DNA of 63,859 bases from Agathobacter sp. (lineage in GTDB: Bacteria > Bacillota > Clostridia > Lachnospirales > Lachnospiraceae). A program made the translations under genes and the position numbers. The notes under the pieces are model-generated. The model was not told where the DNA came from, searched no databases, and saw only the letters and a program-made list of their open reading frames with translations. Below are positions 39,243 through 49,792 of this stretch, piece by piece. How positions within the stretch are numbered: the first letter of the stretch is position 1; each line of letters opens with the position of its first letter. Location of the stretch: NCBI GenBank assembly GCA_045612245.1, contig JAZKYR010000108.1:1-63859 (forward strand), read 5' to 3'.

Positions 39243-40838
39243 ATGATTATAGAATTTTTGGGAGCAGCACGAGAGGTAACAGGAAGCTGTCATTATGTTA
39301 GTTTTAATGATATCCATTTCCTTGTAGATTGCGGTATGGAACAAGGTGCTGATTTGTATGAAAATCAGGAAATTCCAGTTAATCCAGCCACAATAGATTA
39401 TGTATTTATTACACATGCTCATATCGATCATTCGGGACTTTTACCATTACTATATAAAAATGGTTTCCGGGGACAAATTTTTGCGACAAAAGCTACCACG
39501 GAATTGTGTAGTATCATGCTTCGAGATTCTGCTCACATTCAGGAATTTGAAGCTGAGTGGCGTAATCGAAAGAACCGTCGTGCAGGTAAACCAGAGATTT
39601 TACCATTATATGATATGAATGATGCAAATGGTGTCATTCCACATTTTATTCCATGTGATTATCATAGTAAAATCGAAGTAGAAGAGAATTTATCTGTTCG
39701 ATTTGTGGATGCGGGTCATCTTTTAGGATCATCGTCTATTGAAATTTGGATAAAGGAAGATGGTGTTAGTAAAAAGCTGGTATTCTCAGGGGATATCGGA
39801 AATACCAATCGTCCATTGATTCGCAATCCTGAGTTTATAGAAGAAGCAGATTACGTTATCATGGAATCTACGTATGGATGTCGTGTGCATGAAAAACCAA
39901 TTGATTATGCAGTGGCATTGGCGGAGGTTATGAAAGATACCTTTACTCGAGGTGGAAACCTTGTAATTCCAGCATTTTCGGTAGGTAGAACCCAAGAAAT
40001 GCTGTATTTCCTTCGAAGAATTAAGGCGGAGGTGCTTTTGCCAGAGTTTCCGAATTTTGAAGCTGTAGTAGATAGTCCTCTTTCGGTAGAGGCGACAAAT
40101 GTTTTCCATAAAAATGTAGCAGATTGCTTTGATGATGAAGCCTTGGCATTGGTAAATCAGGGGATTAATCCAATCAAATTCCCAGGATTAAATGTATCTG
40201 TAACAAGTGATGATTCTAAAATGATTAACTTCAATCCAAATCCAAAGGTTATCATTTCTGCTTCTGGTATGTGTGAAGCGGGACGAATTCGTCATCATTT
40301 AAAACACAATTTGTGGAGAGCAGATTCTACAATTATGTTCGTAGGTTATCAGGTTCCGGGCACACTAGGAAATGCTTTGCTGGGTGGCGTAGACAAGGTT
40401 AAGTTGTTTGGTGAAGAAGTAGAAGTTCGTGCTAAAATCGTAAATCTCCCTGGCATCAGTGGTCATGCGGATCAACCACATCTTTTGGAGTGGGTAAAAG
40501 CATTTGGAGACACTCCTACAAAGGTGTTTGTGGTACATGGAGATGAGGATTCTGCAGTTTACTTCTCAGAATTGGTACGAAAAGAAACGGGAATTGATGC
40601 GGTAGCTCCATATAGTGGGGATGTCTATGACTTAGAAACAGGCCTTTGCATTCAGCAGGGTACTCATAAATTCGCGGTTAAGAAGAAACAGTCCAAGGCA
40701 CAAGGAGTATTTGCAAGACTTATTGCTGCTGGAGAGCGTCTTGCGGCGGTTATTCAGAAATGCGAAGGTATGGCGAACAAGGATTTAGCAAAGTTTGCTG
40801 ACCAAATTAATTCATTATGTGACAAGTGGGATAGGTAA
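39243..40838 (+). CDS. MBL-fold beta-CASP ribonuclease (CPSF73-like)
   Basis: THAHIDHSG, AGHLLGS, ESTYG, SGHAD and VHGD motifs. Confidence 0.9.
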   Translation: MIIEFLGAAREVTGSCHYVSFNDIHFLVDCGMEQGADLYENQEIPVNPATIDYVFITHAHIDHSGLLPLLYKNGFRGQIFATKATTELCSIMLRDSAHIQEFEAEWRNRKNRRAGKPEILPLYDMNDANGVIPHFIPCDYHSKIEVEENLSVRFVDAGHLLGSSSIEIWIKEDGVSKKLVFSGDIGNTNRPLIRNPEFIEEADYVIMESTYGCRVHEKPIDYAVALAEVMKDTFTRGGNLVIPAFSVGRTQEMLYFLRRIKAEVLLPEFPNFEAVVDSPLSVEATNVFHKNVADCFDDEALALVNQGINPIKFPGLNVSVTSDDSKMINFNPNPKVIISASGMCEAGRIRHHLKHNLWRADSTIMFVGYQVPGTLGNALLGGVDKVKLFGEEVEVRAKIVNLPGISGHADQPHLLEWVKAFGDTPTKVFVVHGDEDSAVYFSELVRKETGIDAVAPYSGDVYDLETGLCIQQGTHKFAVKKKQSKAQGVFARLIAAGERLAAVIQKCEGMANKDLAKFADQINSLCDKWDR

Positions 40839-40839
40839 G

Positions 40840-41496
40840 ATGCAAAAGATAAAGGTAAAAGGAGTCCTCTTTGATATGGACGGTGTAATATTAGATACAG
40901 AGAAATTATACACTCGGTTCTGGAAGGAGGCGGCACAGGAACTTGGCTATCAGATGACACATGAAATGGCTTTAGGAATGAGAAGCCTGAGTCGCGAGGT
41001 AGGAGAAAAACAACTAAAAGCATATTTAGGTGAAAATGTTGATTATGAACAAGTGCGAAATATGCGTATCAAATTGATGAGTGCATTCATTGAAGAGAAT
41101 GGAGTAGAACTTAAACCAGGGATTCATGAATTACTAGAGTTTTTAAAGGAAAAGGGGATTAAAACCTCTATTGCTACATCATCACCATTGGATAGAACTA
41201 AGAAATACTTGTCTCAGGTAGGTCTTGTGGATGCTTTTGATGAGCTTGTGAGCGGTCATATGGTGCCACATGGAAAACCTGCTCCTGATATATATATCTA
41301 TGCGGCCAATAGATTAGGGTTAAAACCAGAGGAGTGTTTGGTGCTAGAGGATTCACCAACAGGTCTTTTGGCGGCGCATCGTGCGGGTTGCATTCCAGTG
41401 ATGGTGCCAGATCAGGATCAGCCAGATGAGGAAACGAGGGAACGAGCATATGCAGTGGTAGAGAATTTAGTTGCTGTGAAGGCTTTGCTGGAATAA
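40840..41496 (+). CDS. HAD-IA family phosphatase
   Basis: FDMDGV, ATSS, KPAPD and EDS motifs. Start moved to ATG 40840. Confidence 0.88.
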   Translation: MQKIKVKGVLFDMDGVILDTEKLYTRFWKEAAQELGYQMTHEMALGMRSLSREVGEKQLKAYLGENVDYEQVRNMRIKLMSAFIEENGVELKPGIHELLEFLKEKGIKTSIATSSPLDRTKKYLSQVGLVDAFDELVSGHMVPHGKPAPDIYIYAANRLGLKPEECLVLEDSPTGLLAAHRAGCIPVMVPDQDQPDEETRERAYAVVENLVAVKALLE

Positions 41497-41531
41497 TCAT
41501 ATAAGAAATGAGAATGAGAAAGGGGATTTTT

Positions 41532-44036
41532 ATGAAAAAAAGAGTTGTATCGATGTTTTTAGTTGTGATGATGTTTCTCACAATGATGCCGGTGTCGATG
41601 TTTGCGACCGAAATGAGTGATGAATTTGAAGTGATTTTAAATTCAGAAGGAAAAGTGGTAGTGACTGATAATTCTTCAGTAGATGAAAGAACTTTATTAG
41701 AGGAATTTTTGCGTAAATATACCAAAAATACAGCAGAAAATAATCTTTCGTTTAATGTGGTAGCTTATAATGAGGATACGAATATAGCTCAAATTGCATT
41801 ATATAACTGGTCGTATGCTGAAGGTGCATCGACGTTGTTAGAGGAACAGGAAGTTGAAGTTGTATTTGTGGAATCATACAGTGAAAATTTTAGACGATAT
41901 GTTCCAAATGATACAATCGTAGTTGCTACGACTAGTAGCAAAGATATCGTGAATTATATTTGGCGACATGTGAATGCATTTACTCCTGAAGGATCTGATT
42001 TTAGATTTCAGACTGCAAGAATTAACGAAGATTGTACAAGCTGTACGGTACAGATGGTAAATAAACAGGGTATAGTTGTAGAGCAACATGTGGTGAATCT
42101 TACATACATTACGGAGATGAGTGAAGCATATAAAGAACGTCTCAATCTTTCCGAAGATGGAAAATTGATAATGCGATGTATGGAACCACAGACGATGGAA
42201 GATTTCTATTCTGCTTTTTTGTATTTATATGAACGTAATGATGAAGAACGAAACAGCGTTGAGTATATATCTGAAGATTTTTCAAAAGTAGATGTTATCA
42301 TCAATAATGGAAGACCTAATCAAGAAAGACATACATTAGAAGTTGAGTATGTGTATGATGATTCAGACAATGCGAAAGTAGATGCATTTATGGAAACTTT
42401 CCCAGATGATAAAACACAGTTTGGCGTTCATGATATGGAATTAGTGAACTATTGGTATAATAATGCCGGAACAGAAGATTTTAATACATTAGATAACTAT
42501 TCCGGCGAATTAAAGTCCTGCTTGAAGTATAATAACATTAAACTTTTTGTTAAAAATGAAGCAGGCGGCGATGATCCATATTTTACACATCGAATGGGAT
42601 TTGCATTTTTCATATATGAGGATGTTGTTTACCATGTGATAGATATGTTAAGTACTTATGCAGAGCATGTAATTTATGTTCCAAGTGATACACCAAATAA
42701 TGCGGAAGCGATGGTCGCTGCTGCACAAGAAAGAATTGATGATTATTTGGGTGAAGGTAAGATAAGACTATCGAATGTTTCTTCTTTATATGATGCATGG
42801 ATTTTACAACAATATGAAGAAAATCGTGAATATTGGGAAGAAGAAGACCCAGATATGACATTGGAAGAATTCGTAGCATTGGGCAATGCATATATCCCAG
42901 CCTATGAAAATTTTGAAGATGTAATCTATGTTGATGGTGTAAATGAAAATGATATCGCATGTGATTTGGAAGTTGTTTCAAAAAATAGAACATTTCATGT
43001 AATTATTAAACGAGATAGTTCAAAAATGCTTACACCTGAGTATAAGACTGTGGATGTTGGGAATAATGTGGAAATCAGTTCTTCTTCATCAGAAATTCCA
43101 CTTGATACAATTGTTAAGTCAGAAGAATTAAAGCATGGAACTTTATATGATAAAATTATCAGTTTGCTGGCGGTGAAAGATAATTTAACATATGACCTTT
43201 CTTTATTCTCAGATTCACTAATGAGTTATGTGTCTAAATTGAAAGAGGGAACCTTTGAAGTGAAAATTCCTTTGTCAGAGGAATTAGCTAGAAAAAATTT
43301 AGTAGCATATTACGTGGATTCGAATAACAAGGTAGTAGAGTATGAGGTAACAGTAAAAGATGGATATGCTATTTTTGAAACAAATCATTTTAGTATTTAC
43401 ACGATTGCTGAAGGCACTATAAACAGTGAAGAGGAAAAAGTAGAAATTGTTGCACCAAAAGACAATGTAGCAGGTGCAAAGTTAGAAGAAGATACTACAA
43501 CTGTTATGGAAAAGGTTCCATTTACAGAAAAAGAAAAAGCTCTGATAGAAGCAGGTGCTGAAGTTGTTATTACATTAAAAGCAAAAGATATTTCTGAAAC
43601 AGTTTCTAAAGAAGATAAAGAAAAAGTAGAGAATAAGGTAAAAGAAATTAAAGACCAGAAAATTGGAATGTATCTTGATATCAACTTATTCAAACAGGTA
43701 GGGGATAATGAGGAAGTAAAAGTTCCTGAATTAAAGGGAAAGATTAAGATTCAACTTACAGTTCCAGATGAACTTCTTATCAAAGATGCAGATAAGACGC
43801 GAGAATATAGTATTATTCGTATTCATGATGGAGAAGTAAGTGTGATTGAAGCCAAGTTTGATGCAGATACAAAGACTTTGGCGTTTGAAACAGATGGTTT
43901 CTCAACCTATGCATTGGCATATAGAGATGTAGTAAAAGCTCCTGATACAGGTGATAGTACATCGATTGCAGTTTGGGGGATGTTACTCCTGTTTGGCGGT
44001 TGTGTACTTACCTATGCGAAGAAGCGAATCGTTTAA
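41532..44036 (+). CDS. Sortase-anchored surface protein of unknown function
   Basis: Signal peptide MKKRVV...ATE. C-terminal APDTGD, TM helix and basic tail KKRIV. Internal repeats. Confidence 0.85.
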   Translation: MKKRVVSMFLVVMMFLTMMPVSMFATEMSDEFEVILNSEGKVVVTDNSSVDERTLLEEFLRKYTKNTAENNLSFNVVAYNEDTNIAQIALYNWSYAEGASTLLEEQEVEVVFVESYSENFRRYVPNDTIVVATTSSKDIVNYIWRHVNAFTPEGSDFRFQTARINEDCTSCTVQMVNKQGIVVEQHVVNLTYITEMSEAYKERLNLSEDGKLIMRCMEPQTMEDFYSAFLYLYERNDEERNSVEYISEDFSKVDVIINNGRPNQERHTLEVEYVYDDSDNAKVDAFMETFPDDKTQFGVHDMELVNYWYNNAGTEDFNTLDNYSGELKSCLKYNNIKLFVKNEAGGDDPYFTHRMGFAFFIYEDVVYHVIDMLSTYAEHVIYVPSDTPNNAEAMVAAAQERIDDYLGEGKIRLSNVSSLYDAWILQQYEENREYWEEEDPDMTLEEFVALGNAYIPAYENFEDVIYVDGVNENDIACDLEVVSKNRTFHVIIKRDSSKMLTPEYKTVDVGNNVEISSSSSEIPLDTIVKSEELKHGTLYDKIISLLAVKDNLTYDLSLFSDSLMSYVSKLKEGTFEVKIPLSEELARKNLVAYYVDSNNKVVEYEVTVKDGYAIFETNHFSIYTIAEGTINSEEEKVEIVAPKDNVAGAKLEEDTTTVMEKVPFTEKEKALIEAGAEVVITLKAKDISETVSKEDKEKVENKVKEIKDQKIGMYLDINLFKQVGDNEEVKVPELKGKIKIQLTVPDELLIKDADKTREYSIIRIHDGEVSVIEAKFDADTKTLAFETDGFSTYALAYRDVVKAPDTGDSTSIAVWGMLLLFGGCVLTYAKKRIV

Positions 44037-44061
44037 GAGGTTTATTTATTCAATAAGATAG

Positions 44062-44094
44062 AAAAGCGGATGCAAAATATTGCATCCGCTTTTT
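44062..44094. terminator. Bidirectional terminator
   Basis: AAAAGCGGATGCAA-aata-TTGCATCCGCTTTT between convergent genes. Confidence 0.88.
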
Positions 44095-44101
44095 GATAGG
44101 A

Positions 44102-45451
44102 TTATTCACCTGCAATATTAATTTCTTTTACAAGTACCGATGGAGATCCACATCTATGTGCGCTAAGGGAACCAGGATTAAATTTCAAATCCTCTCCAAT
44201 AGCAGTGATATCTTTCATTAGCTGTAAGAAGTTTCCGGAAATAGTAATCCCCTTCACTGGAGTAGTTTTCTTTCCGTTCTCAATGCGGAATCCACTGGAA
44301 GAAAGAGAGAAGTCTCCAGAAATAGCATCTGCACCAGCATGAAGGCCTTCTACAGAAGTAATATAGATTCCATTTTCTGCCTCTGCGAATAAATCTTCGA
44401 GACTTCCTTTTACTGGATTGATATAAAAACTATAGTGGTTGATGCCTACAGGAGAAGCATAAGAGGCTTTATAACCATTTCCGGTAGTTTTTACGCCAGC
44501 TTTATTTGCAGTAGCAAGGTTGTAAAGTAAGGTAGTAAATACACCGTTTTCAATAACGTTTTTGCTATAGGTTGCAGCGCCTTCATCATCAAAAGCAGAC
44601 TTTACCAAAGCTTCTTTATATAATGGGTCATCGGTTAAGGTTAGGATTTTAGCAGCGATTGTTTCGCCTTCTTTATCTTTTAAAAGTGAAAGTCCTTTTT
44701 GTGCAGCTTCAGCCGAAAAGATAGAAGAGTATACGCTAAGTAAGCTAGCCATTACTTTGTTAGAGAATACAACTTTGTAGGTTCCACTATCTACGGAGGT
44801 GTATCCGATGGAAGAAATAGCATCTTCTACTGCTTCTTTGGCGATGTTGGTTTTATCAAAGTCTGCAATTTGACCAGAAACGATTTCCATTCCATTATAA
44901 CTTTCTGCTCCATCTGAAACGATTGCCATTGCATATGCAAAATCAAAGGCAGAAGCGTCTACCAAGTCGATTCCCTTGGAATTGAAGATAGCGCGTTCTG
45001 ATGCACCAAAACCCGCGAGTGACTGAGTTCCATCTACGACACGTTCATCCTGAGCATAGATTTCTTTTTGTAAATCCAAAGCGAAGTCTACAAGGGAAGC
45101 TGCACTTGGCCTAGCAGTTTCTTCTTTTTCATAAGAAAGATAAGTATCGCCTTTTTTATGAATGAAAGAAGGGGATTCACTTTCTAAAGACTTTGCGTTT
45201 TCAATTGCGCGAAGTACGATGGATTCTGCTTCTTCCTCGGTCATGTTTTCAGTTGAAGCATAACCGGTCTGTTCATTTACAATACAACGGAAACAAACGC
45301 CCATACTATTAGACGAGTTGAATGCTTTTATTTCTGATTGGAAGGTTTCTACACTGGTTTCGTCAGATTTTGTGTAGAAAAGTTCATATTCATTTATAGT
45401 ATTTGCTGTGGCATATTTTACTACGGCATTTTTAAATTCTTGGTAGTTCAT
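44102..45451 (-). CDS. tldE: TldE/PmbA-family protein
   Basis: FDDEG and SGDFS motifs, no HExxxH. Follows tldD. Confidence 0.85.
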   Translation of the reverse strand: MNYQEFKNAVVKYATANTINEYELFYTKSDETSVETFQSEIKAFNSSNSMGVCFRCIVNEQTGYASTENMTEEEAESIVLRAIENAKSLESESPSFIHKKGDTYLSYEKEETARPSAASLVDFALDLQKEIYAQDERVVDGTQSLAGFGASERAIFNSKGIDLVDASAFDFAYAMAIVSDGAESYNGMEIVSGQIADFDKTNIAKEAVEDAISSIGYTSVDSGTYKVVFSNKVMASLLSVYSSIFSAEAAQKGLSLLKDKEGETIAAKILTLTDDPLYKEALVKSAFDDEGAATYSKNVIENGVFTTLLYNLATANKAGVKTTGNGYKASYASPVGINHYSFYINPVKGSLEDLFAEAENGIYITSVEGLHAGADAISGDFSLSSSGFRIENGKKTTPVKGITISGNFLQLMKDITAIGEDLKFNPGSLSAHRCGSPSVLVKEINIAGE

Positions 45452-45477
45452 ATTTTTGTGTCCTTTCTACATATATA

Positions 45478-46860
45478 TTATCGTCCGCCAACCGTGATAG
45501 AAGATACGCGAATCATTGGCTGACCTACATCCGTAGGAATGCTTCCAGAAGAAGAACCACACATACCTTGTGCACGTTCCAGATTCTGGCCTACCATATC
45601 GATATCCATAAGGATTTCAGAACCTTTGCCGATGAGAGTAGCACCACGTACTGCTTCACAAATCTTACCATTTCGAACAATGTATCCTTCGTTTACTGCA
45701 AAGTTGAAATCTCCTGTGATAGGGTTTACAGAACCTCCGCCCATCGAATGTGCATAGAGACCGTATTCAATAGAAGCGATAATATCATCGTTTTTGTCAG
45801 TTCCCTCTGCAATAAAGGTGTTTGTCATACGTGAGGTTGGTTCGTAGAGATAACTCTGACGACGACAGTTACCAGTAGGAGCCATGCCCATACGACGTCC
45901 ATTTAATTTATCAATCATATATGATTTAAGGATACCATTTTCAATCAATACATTCTTATTAGAAGGAGTACCTTCATCGTCTATATTGATAGAACCCCAG
46001 GCATTTGGGATGGTACCATCATCAATAGCAGTTACTTTGGTATTTGCAATTTGTTCCCCGAGTTTACCTGCGAATACAGACTGGCCTAAAGCAACACTAG
46101 ATGCTTCTAAACCGTGTCCACAGGCTTCATGGAAAATAACTCCACCGAAACCATTTCCAATAGCAACTGGCATTTTACCAGCAGGAATATAGCCTGCATT
46201 AATCATAACCATAGCCTGACGAGCAGCTTCTTCACCGATTGATTTTGGATCATGAAGCTCATAGAATTCCATACCCATACGTCCACCAGGCGCATAGTAT
46301 CCGGTCTGGTTTTCACCATTTTTGCTTGCAACGGCATTAATCATCATACGAGTACGAATTTGTCTATCCTCAGCCAGTAAGCCTTCGGTAGTTGCAATCA
46401 TGATATTATGATCTACATCAAGGAAAGTGCCTGTAACCTGAGAAATATCACTATGATAATTTCTTGCAGTTTCACTAGCTTCACGAAGTAAATCAATCTT
46501 TGTATTATTTTCTACGGTGCTAGGAACGATGCGGATAGGATGAATATCGCCGAATCTGCGCTCGTGCAATACGATGGTTTCCATTTCTCTTGCACCGCTT
46601 AAGGCATCAGCTACTTTCTGTGCACAGGAAAGGACCGCTTCTGGAGAAAAAGAAGAAGTCGAGCCATGTACACAGCGAGTACCTTTGAATATACGGATAC
46701 CCACACCAGAAATAATTCCATCTGCGATTTTGTCTACCTTAGAAGACACCATATTGATGTTTTTTTGTTTTGTATATTCAGCAAATACTTCAGCATAATC
46801 CGCTCCGGTGGAAGATGCTTTCCATAATGCTTCTTTAATTAGATTTTGTGGTAATAACAT
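45478..46860 (-). CDS. tldD: TldD metalloprotease
   Basis: FHEACGHGLE, IDDEG, RMTNT and C-terminal GMCG...GQP motifs. Confidence 0.92.
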   Translation of the reverse strand: MLLPQNLIKEALWKASSTGADYAEVFAEYTKQKNINMVSSKVDKIADGIISGVGIRIFKGTRCVHGSTSSFSPEAVLSCAQKVADALSGAREMETIVLHERRFGDIHPIRIVPSTVENNTKIDLLREASETARNYHSDISQVTGTFLDVDHNIMIATTEGLLAEDRQIRTRMMINAVASKNGENQTGYYAPGGRMGMEFYELHDPKSIGEEAARQAMVMINAGYIPAGKMPVAIGNGFGGVIFHEACGHGLEASSVALGQSVFAGKLGEQIANTKVTAIDDGTIPNAWGSINIDDEGTPSNKNVLIENGILKSYMIDKLNGRRMGMAPTGNCRRQSYLYEPTSRMTNTFIAEGTDKNDDIIASIEYGLYAHSMGGGSVNPITGDFNFAVNEGYIVRNGKICEAVRGATLIGKGSEILMDIDMVGQNLERAQGMCGSSSGSIPTDVGQPMIRVSSITVGGR

Positions 46861-46890
46861 GAAAAAGACCTCCTAAAACAACTTGTTTTT

Positions 46891-46919
46891 AGTATAAAAA
46901 AGAATGGGTTTTAGGTCAA
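46891..46919 (-). promoter_or_regulatory. Sigma-A promoter of tldD-tldE
   Basis: On the minus strand: TTGACC, 17 bp, TATACT. Confidence 0.7.
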
Positions 46920-46931
46920 TCATTTTGTTTG

Positions 46932-46949
46932 GCTAAGATGTAGTTAAGA
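46932..46949 (-). promoter_or_regulatory. TCTTAAC-N4-TCTTAGC direct repeat (copy 1, candidate KdpE-like site)
   Basis: Reverse complement reads TCTTAACTACATCTTAGC and matches the copies at 50502 and 51599. Confidence 0.5.
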
Positions 46950-47063
46950 AGAGGTGTCCTTCGTTGACGTTAGTAAAAATAATAGGGTATCATTTACCAT
47001 GGGTGTAGTTCGAAATTTATAACTACATCATTTAGAAATATGTTTTGACTTTAGGAGGAAAAA

Positions 47064-48701
47064 ATGGACATTACATTAGTTTTTGGATTGTTGGGAGGTC
47101 TAGCCCTATTCCTTTACGGAATGCAGATGATGAGCGACGGCTTGGAAAATGCTGCGGGAGACCGAATGGAGCGTATTTTAGAGAAACTTACTGCTAATCG
47201 TTTCATTGGTGTTGCGGTAGGTGCACTTATTACAGCGGTTATTCAGTCTTCATCTGCTACGACAGTTATGGTAGTAGGTTTTGTAAATTCAGGTATGATG
47301 ACTTTACAGCAGGCCGTATGGATTATTATGGGGGCAAATATTGGTACAACAATTACCGGTCAGTTGGTTGCTCTTGATATCGGTGCATTTGCTCCAATTA
47401 TTGCATTCCTTGGGGTTGCATTGATTGTTTTTATGAAAAATCCAAAGCTTCATCATATCGGAGCTGTTTTAGGCGGTTTTGGTATGCTTTTTATTGGGAT
47501 GGATATGATGGGCGCTGCTATGGAACCACTCCGTGAGTTCCCTCCATTTATTGAACTTATGACAAGTTTTACAAATCCATTATTTGGTATTGCAGCGGGT
47601 GCAGTATTTACAGCAGTAATTCAGTCATCATCTGCATCTGTAGGTATTTTACAGACTTTAGCAGCTTCTGGATTAATTCCATTTGCTAGTGCTGTGTTTG
47701 TACTTTTTGGTATGAATATCGGTACATGTATTACAGCAGTGCTTGCCTCTATTGGTACAAATAGAAGTGCAAAAAGAACAACAATTATTCATTTGATGTT
47801 TAATATTATTGGTACAGTTATTTTCACAACTTTGTGTTTGATTTTACCAATTGCAGATTTTGTAGGAGCTTGGACACCAGGCAGACCTGCGGCTCAGCTT
47901 GCAAATATGCATACTGTATTTAATATCGCAACAACCGTTTTACTGATACCTTTTGGGACCTTGCTTGCTAAAGCGGCCACAAAAATTCTGCCAGATGCAG
48001 CAGAAGATGCGAGAACGACTTCTCTTTTGGGTAATCTTAATAAGGAATTTGGTCGTTCCAAAACACATCTTGGTGCAGATATGATTCACATGGATTTGTT
48101 GCGTCAGGAAATTGAAAAAATGATGATTCTTGCAAATCAAAATGTGGAAAAGTGCTTTGACTCAGTATTAAATAGTGACTCTTCACTTTTTAAAGAGGCT
48201 TCAGAAACAGAAAAAGTGATTGATACTTTAAATAAAGACATTTCACAGTATATTTCGAAAATACTGGTAAGCAGTACAAGTGATACAAATGTAACCAATT
48301 TTGAGCAGTATTTCTTGATTACTGGGAATGTAGAACGTATTGGAGATCATGCAATAAACATCGGAGAATACTTAAGTACGATGAAAAAGAAGAATATTGA
48401 ATTTTCTGATAGTGCAAAAAAAGAAATTGCTACTATGCGAGATATTACGAAAAAGGCAATTGACAAAGTGCTTCAAAAGGAAGATGATATGACCGTATGG
48501 CTTTCATCGATTGCTGCAATGGAGCAACAGATTGATGATATGACTAAGAATTATAGAGAGCATCACTTACAGCGTATGAGAGAGGGCAGATGCTCGGAAG
48601 AAGCTTGTGTTCTTTACTCGGAGATGTTAACAGACTTTGAACGTATTGGAGATCATGTGCTAAATATTGCCCAGGCACGTGTTAAAATTGCACAGGACTA
48701 A
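47064..48701 (+). CDS. Na+/Pi cotransporter family protein with C-terminal PhoU-like domains
   Basis: Duplicated QSSSA and G.NIGT repeats, two ERIGDH PhoU-type motifs. Confidence 0.92.
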   Translation: MDITLVFGLLGGLALFLYGMQMMSDGLENAAGDRMERILEKLTANRFIGVAVGALITAVIQSSSATTVMVVGFVNSGMMTLQQAVWIIMGANIGTTITGQLVALDIGAFAPIIAFLGVALIVFMKNPKLHHIGAVLGGFGMLFIGMDMMGAAMEPLREFPPFIELMTSFTNPLFGIAAGAVFTAVIQSSSASVGILQTLAASGLIPFASAVFVLFGMNIGTCITAVLASIGTNRSAKRTTIIHLMFNIIGTVIFTTLCLILPIADFVGAWTPGRPAAQLANMHTVFNIATTVLLIPFGTLLAKAATKILPDAAEDARTTSLLGNLNKEFGRSKTHLGADMIHMDLLRQEIEKMMILANQNVEKCFDSVLNSDSSLFKEASETEKVIDTLNKDISQYISKILVSSTSDTNVTNFEQYFLITGNVERIGDHAINIGEYLSTMKKKNIEFSDSAKKEIATMRDITKKAIDKVLQKEDDMTVWLSSIAAMEQQIDDMTKNYREHHLQRMREGRCSEEACVLYSEMLTDFERIGDHVLNIAQARVKIAQD

Positions 48702-48727
48702 GATGAAATAGAATGGAGGTAGTAGTT

Positions 48728-49792
48728 ATGGAAAAATATAAGCAGATTTTAAAGGATTTATTCTTTACGGTGTTTATACTTGTTCTGACTTACTACCTCA
48801 GTTATTATGTGCAGTTTGTATTTGAGACAAATACATTGGTTCCTACGATATTTGTGTTAGGTGTATTCTTTATTTCTTTGCGTACCGAGGGGTATGCATG
48901 GGGTGTGGTTGCTTCTTTAGTAGGAGTAATGCTTGTAAACTTCACATTTACAGACCCTTATTTTGAGATAGATTTTATCACACCGGTAAATATGTTTGCG
49001 GCTTTGGTTATGCTTGTGATTGCAATTATGACGAGTACGCTTACCACACAGATTAAACAGCAGGAGAAAATCAAGGCAGAGAGTGAAAAAGAACGTATGC
49101 GAGGCAACCTGCTTCGTGCAGTATCTCACGATTTACGTACACCTTTGACATCTATTTATGGTGCAACCTCTGTTATTATGGAAAATTATGATTCTTTAAA
49201 TAAAGAAAAACAGATAAAACTATTGGGGGAAATACACGAAGATTCCCAATGGTTAATTCGAATGGTGGAGAATTTGTTGTCAGTTACACGTATCGATGAT
49301 AGTGTTACCAAGATTGTAAAAGAGTCCGTTGTTTTAGATGAATTAATAGATTCTGTAATAGTTAAATTTAACAAACATTATCCAAAGCAAAAGGTAGATG
49401 TATCGGTGCCAGATGAATTTATAAGTATTCCTATGGATGCAATTTTGATTCAGCAAGTCCTTATGAATATTATGGAAAATGCGATTGTGCATGCGAAAGG
49501 TATGACGGAACTAGAAGTATCGGTTCGAGTTGAAAATGATACAGCTGTTTTTGAGGTAAAGGATAATGGATGCGGAATTCCAGAGGATAAAAGGAATAAT
49601 TTGTTTACGGGGTATTTAGAAAGAGATACGAGTGTGCCAACTGATGGTAGTAGAAATAATATGGGAATCGGATTATCGGTTTGTTCAACCATTATTAAAG
49701 CCCACGGTGGTGTGATTTATGCGGAGAATAGACCAGAAGGGGGAGCTGTATTCGGCTTTACTTTAGAGATGGAGGATGGATATGAGCAATAA
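48728..49792 (+). CDS. Short KdpD-like sensor kinase (4-TM DUF4118 domain + HisKA + HATPase)
   Basis: Four TM helices with FTDPYF, VSHDLRTPLT, QQVLMNIMENA, DNGCG and GIGLS. No N-terminal KdpD/Usp region. Start at 48728 or 48713. Confidence 0.85.
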   Translation: MEKYKQILKDLFFTVFILVLTYYLSYYVQFVFETNTLVPTIFVLGVFFISLRTEGYAWGVVASLVGVMLVNFTFTDPYFEIDFITPVNMFAALVMLVIAIMTSTLTTQIKQQEKIKAESEKERMRGNLLRAVSHDLRTPLTSIYGATSVIMENYDSLNKEKQIKLLGEIHEDSQWLIRMVENLLSVTRIDDSVTKIVKESVVLDELIDSVIVKFNKHYPKQKVDVSVPDEFISIPMDAILIQQVLMNIMENAIVHAKGMTELEVSVRVENDTAVFEVKDNGCGIPEDKRNNLFTGYLERDTSVPTDGSRNNMGIGLSVCSTIIKAHGGVIYAENRPEGGAVFGFTLEMEDGYEQ

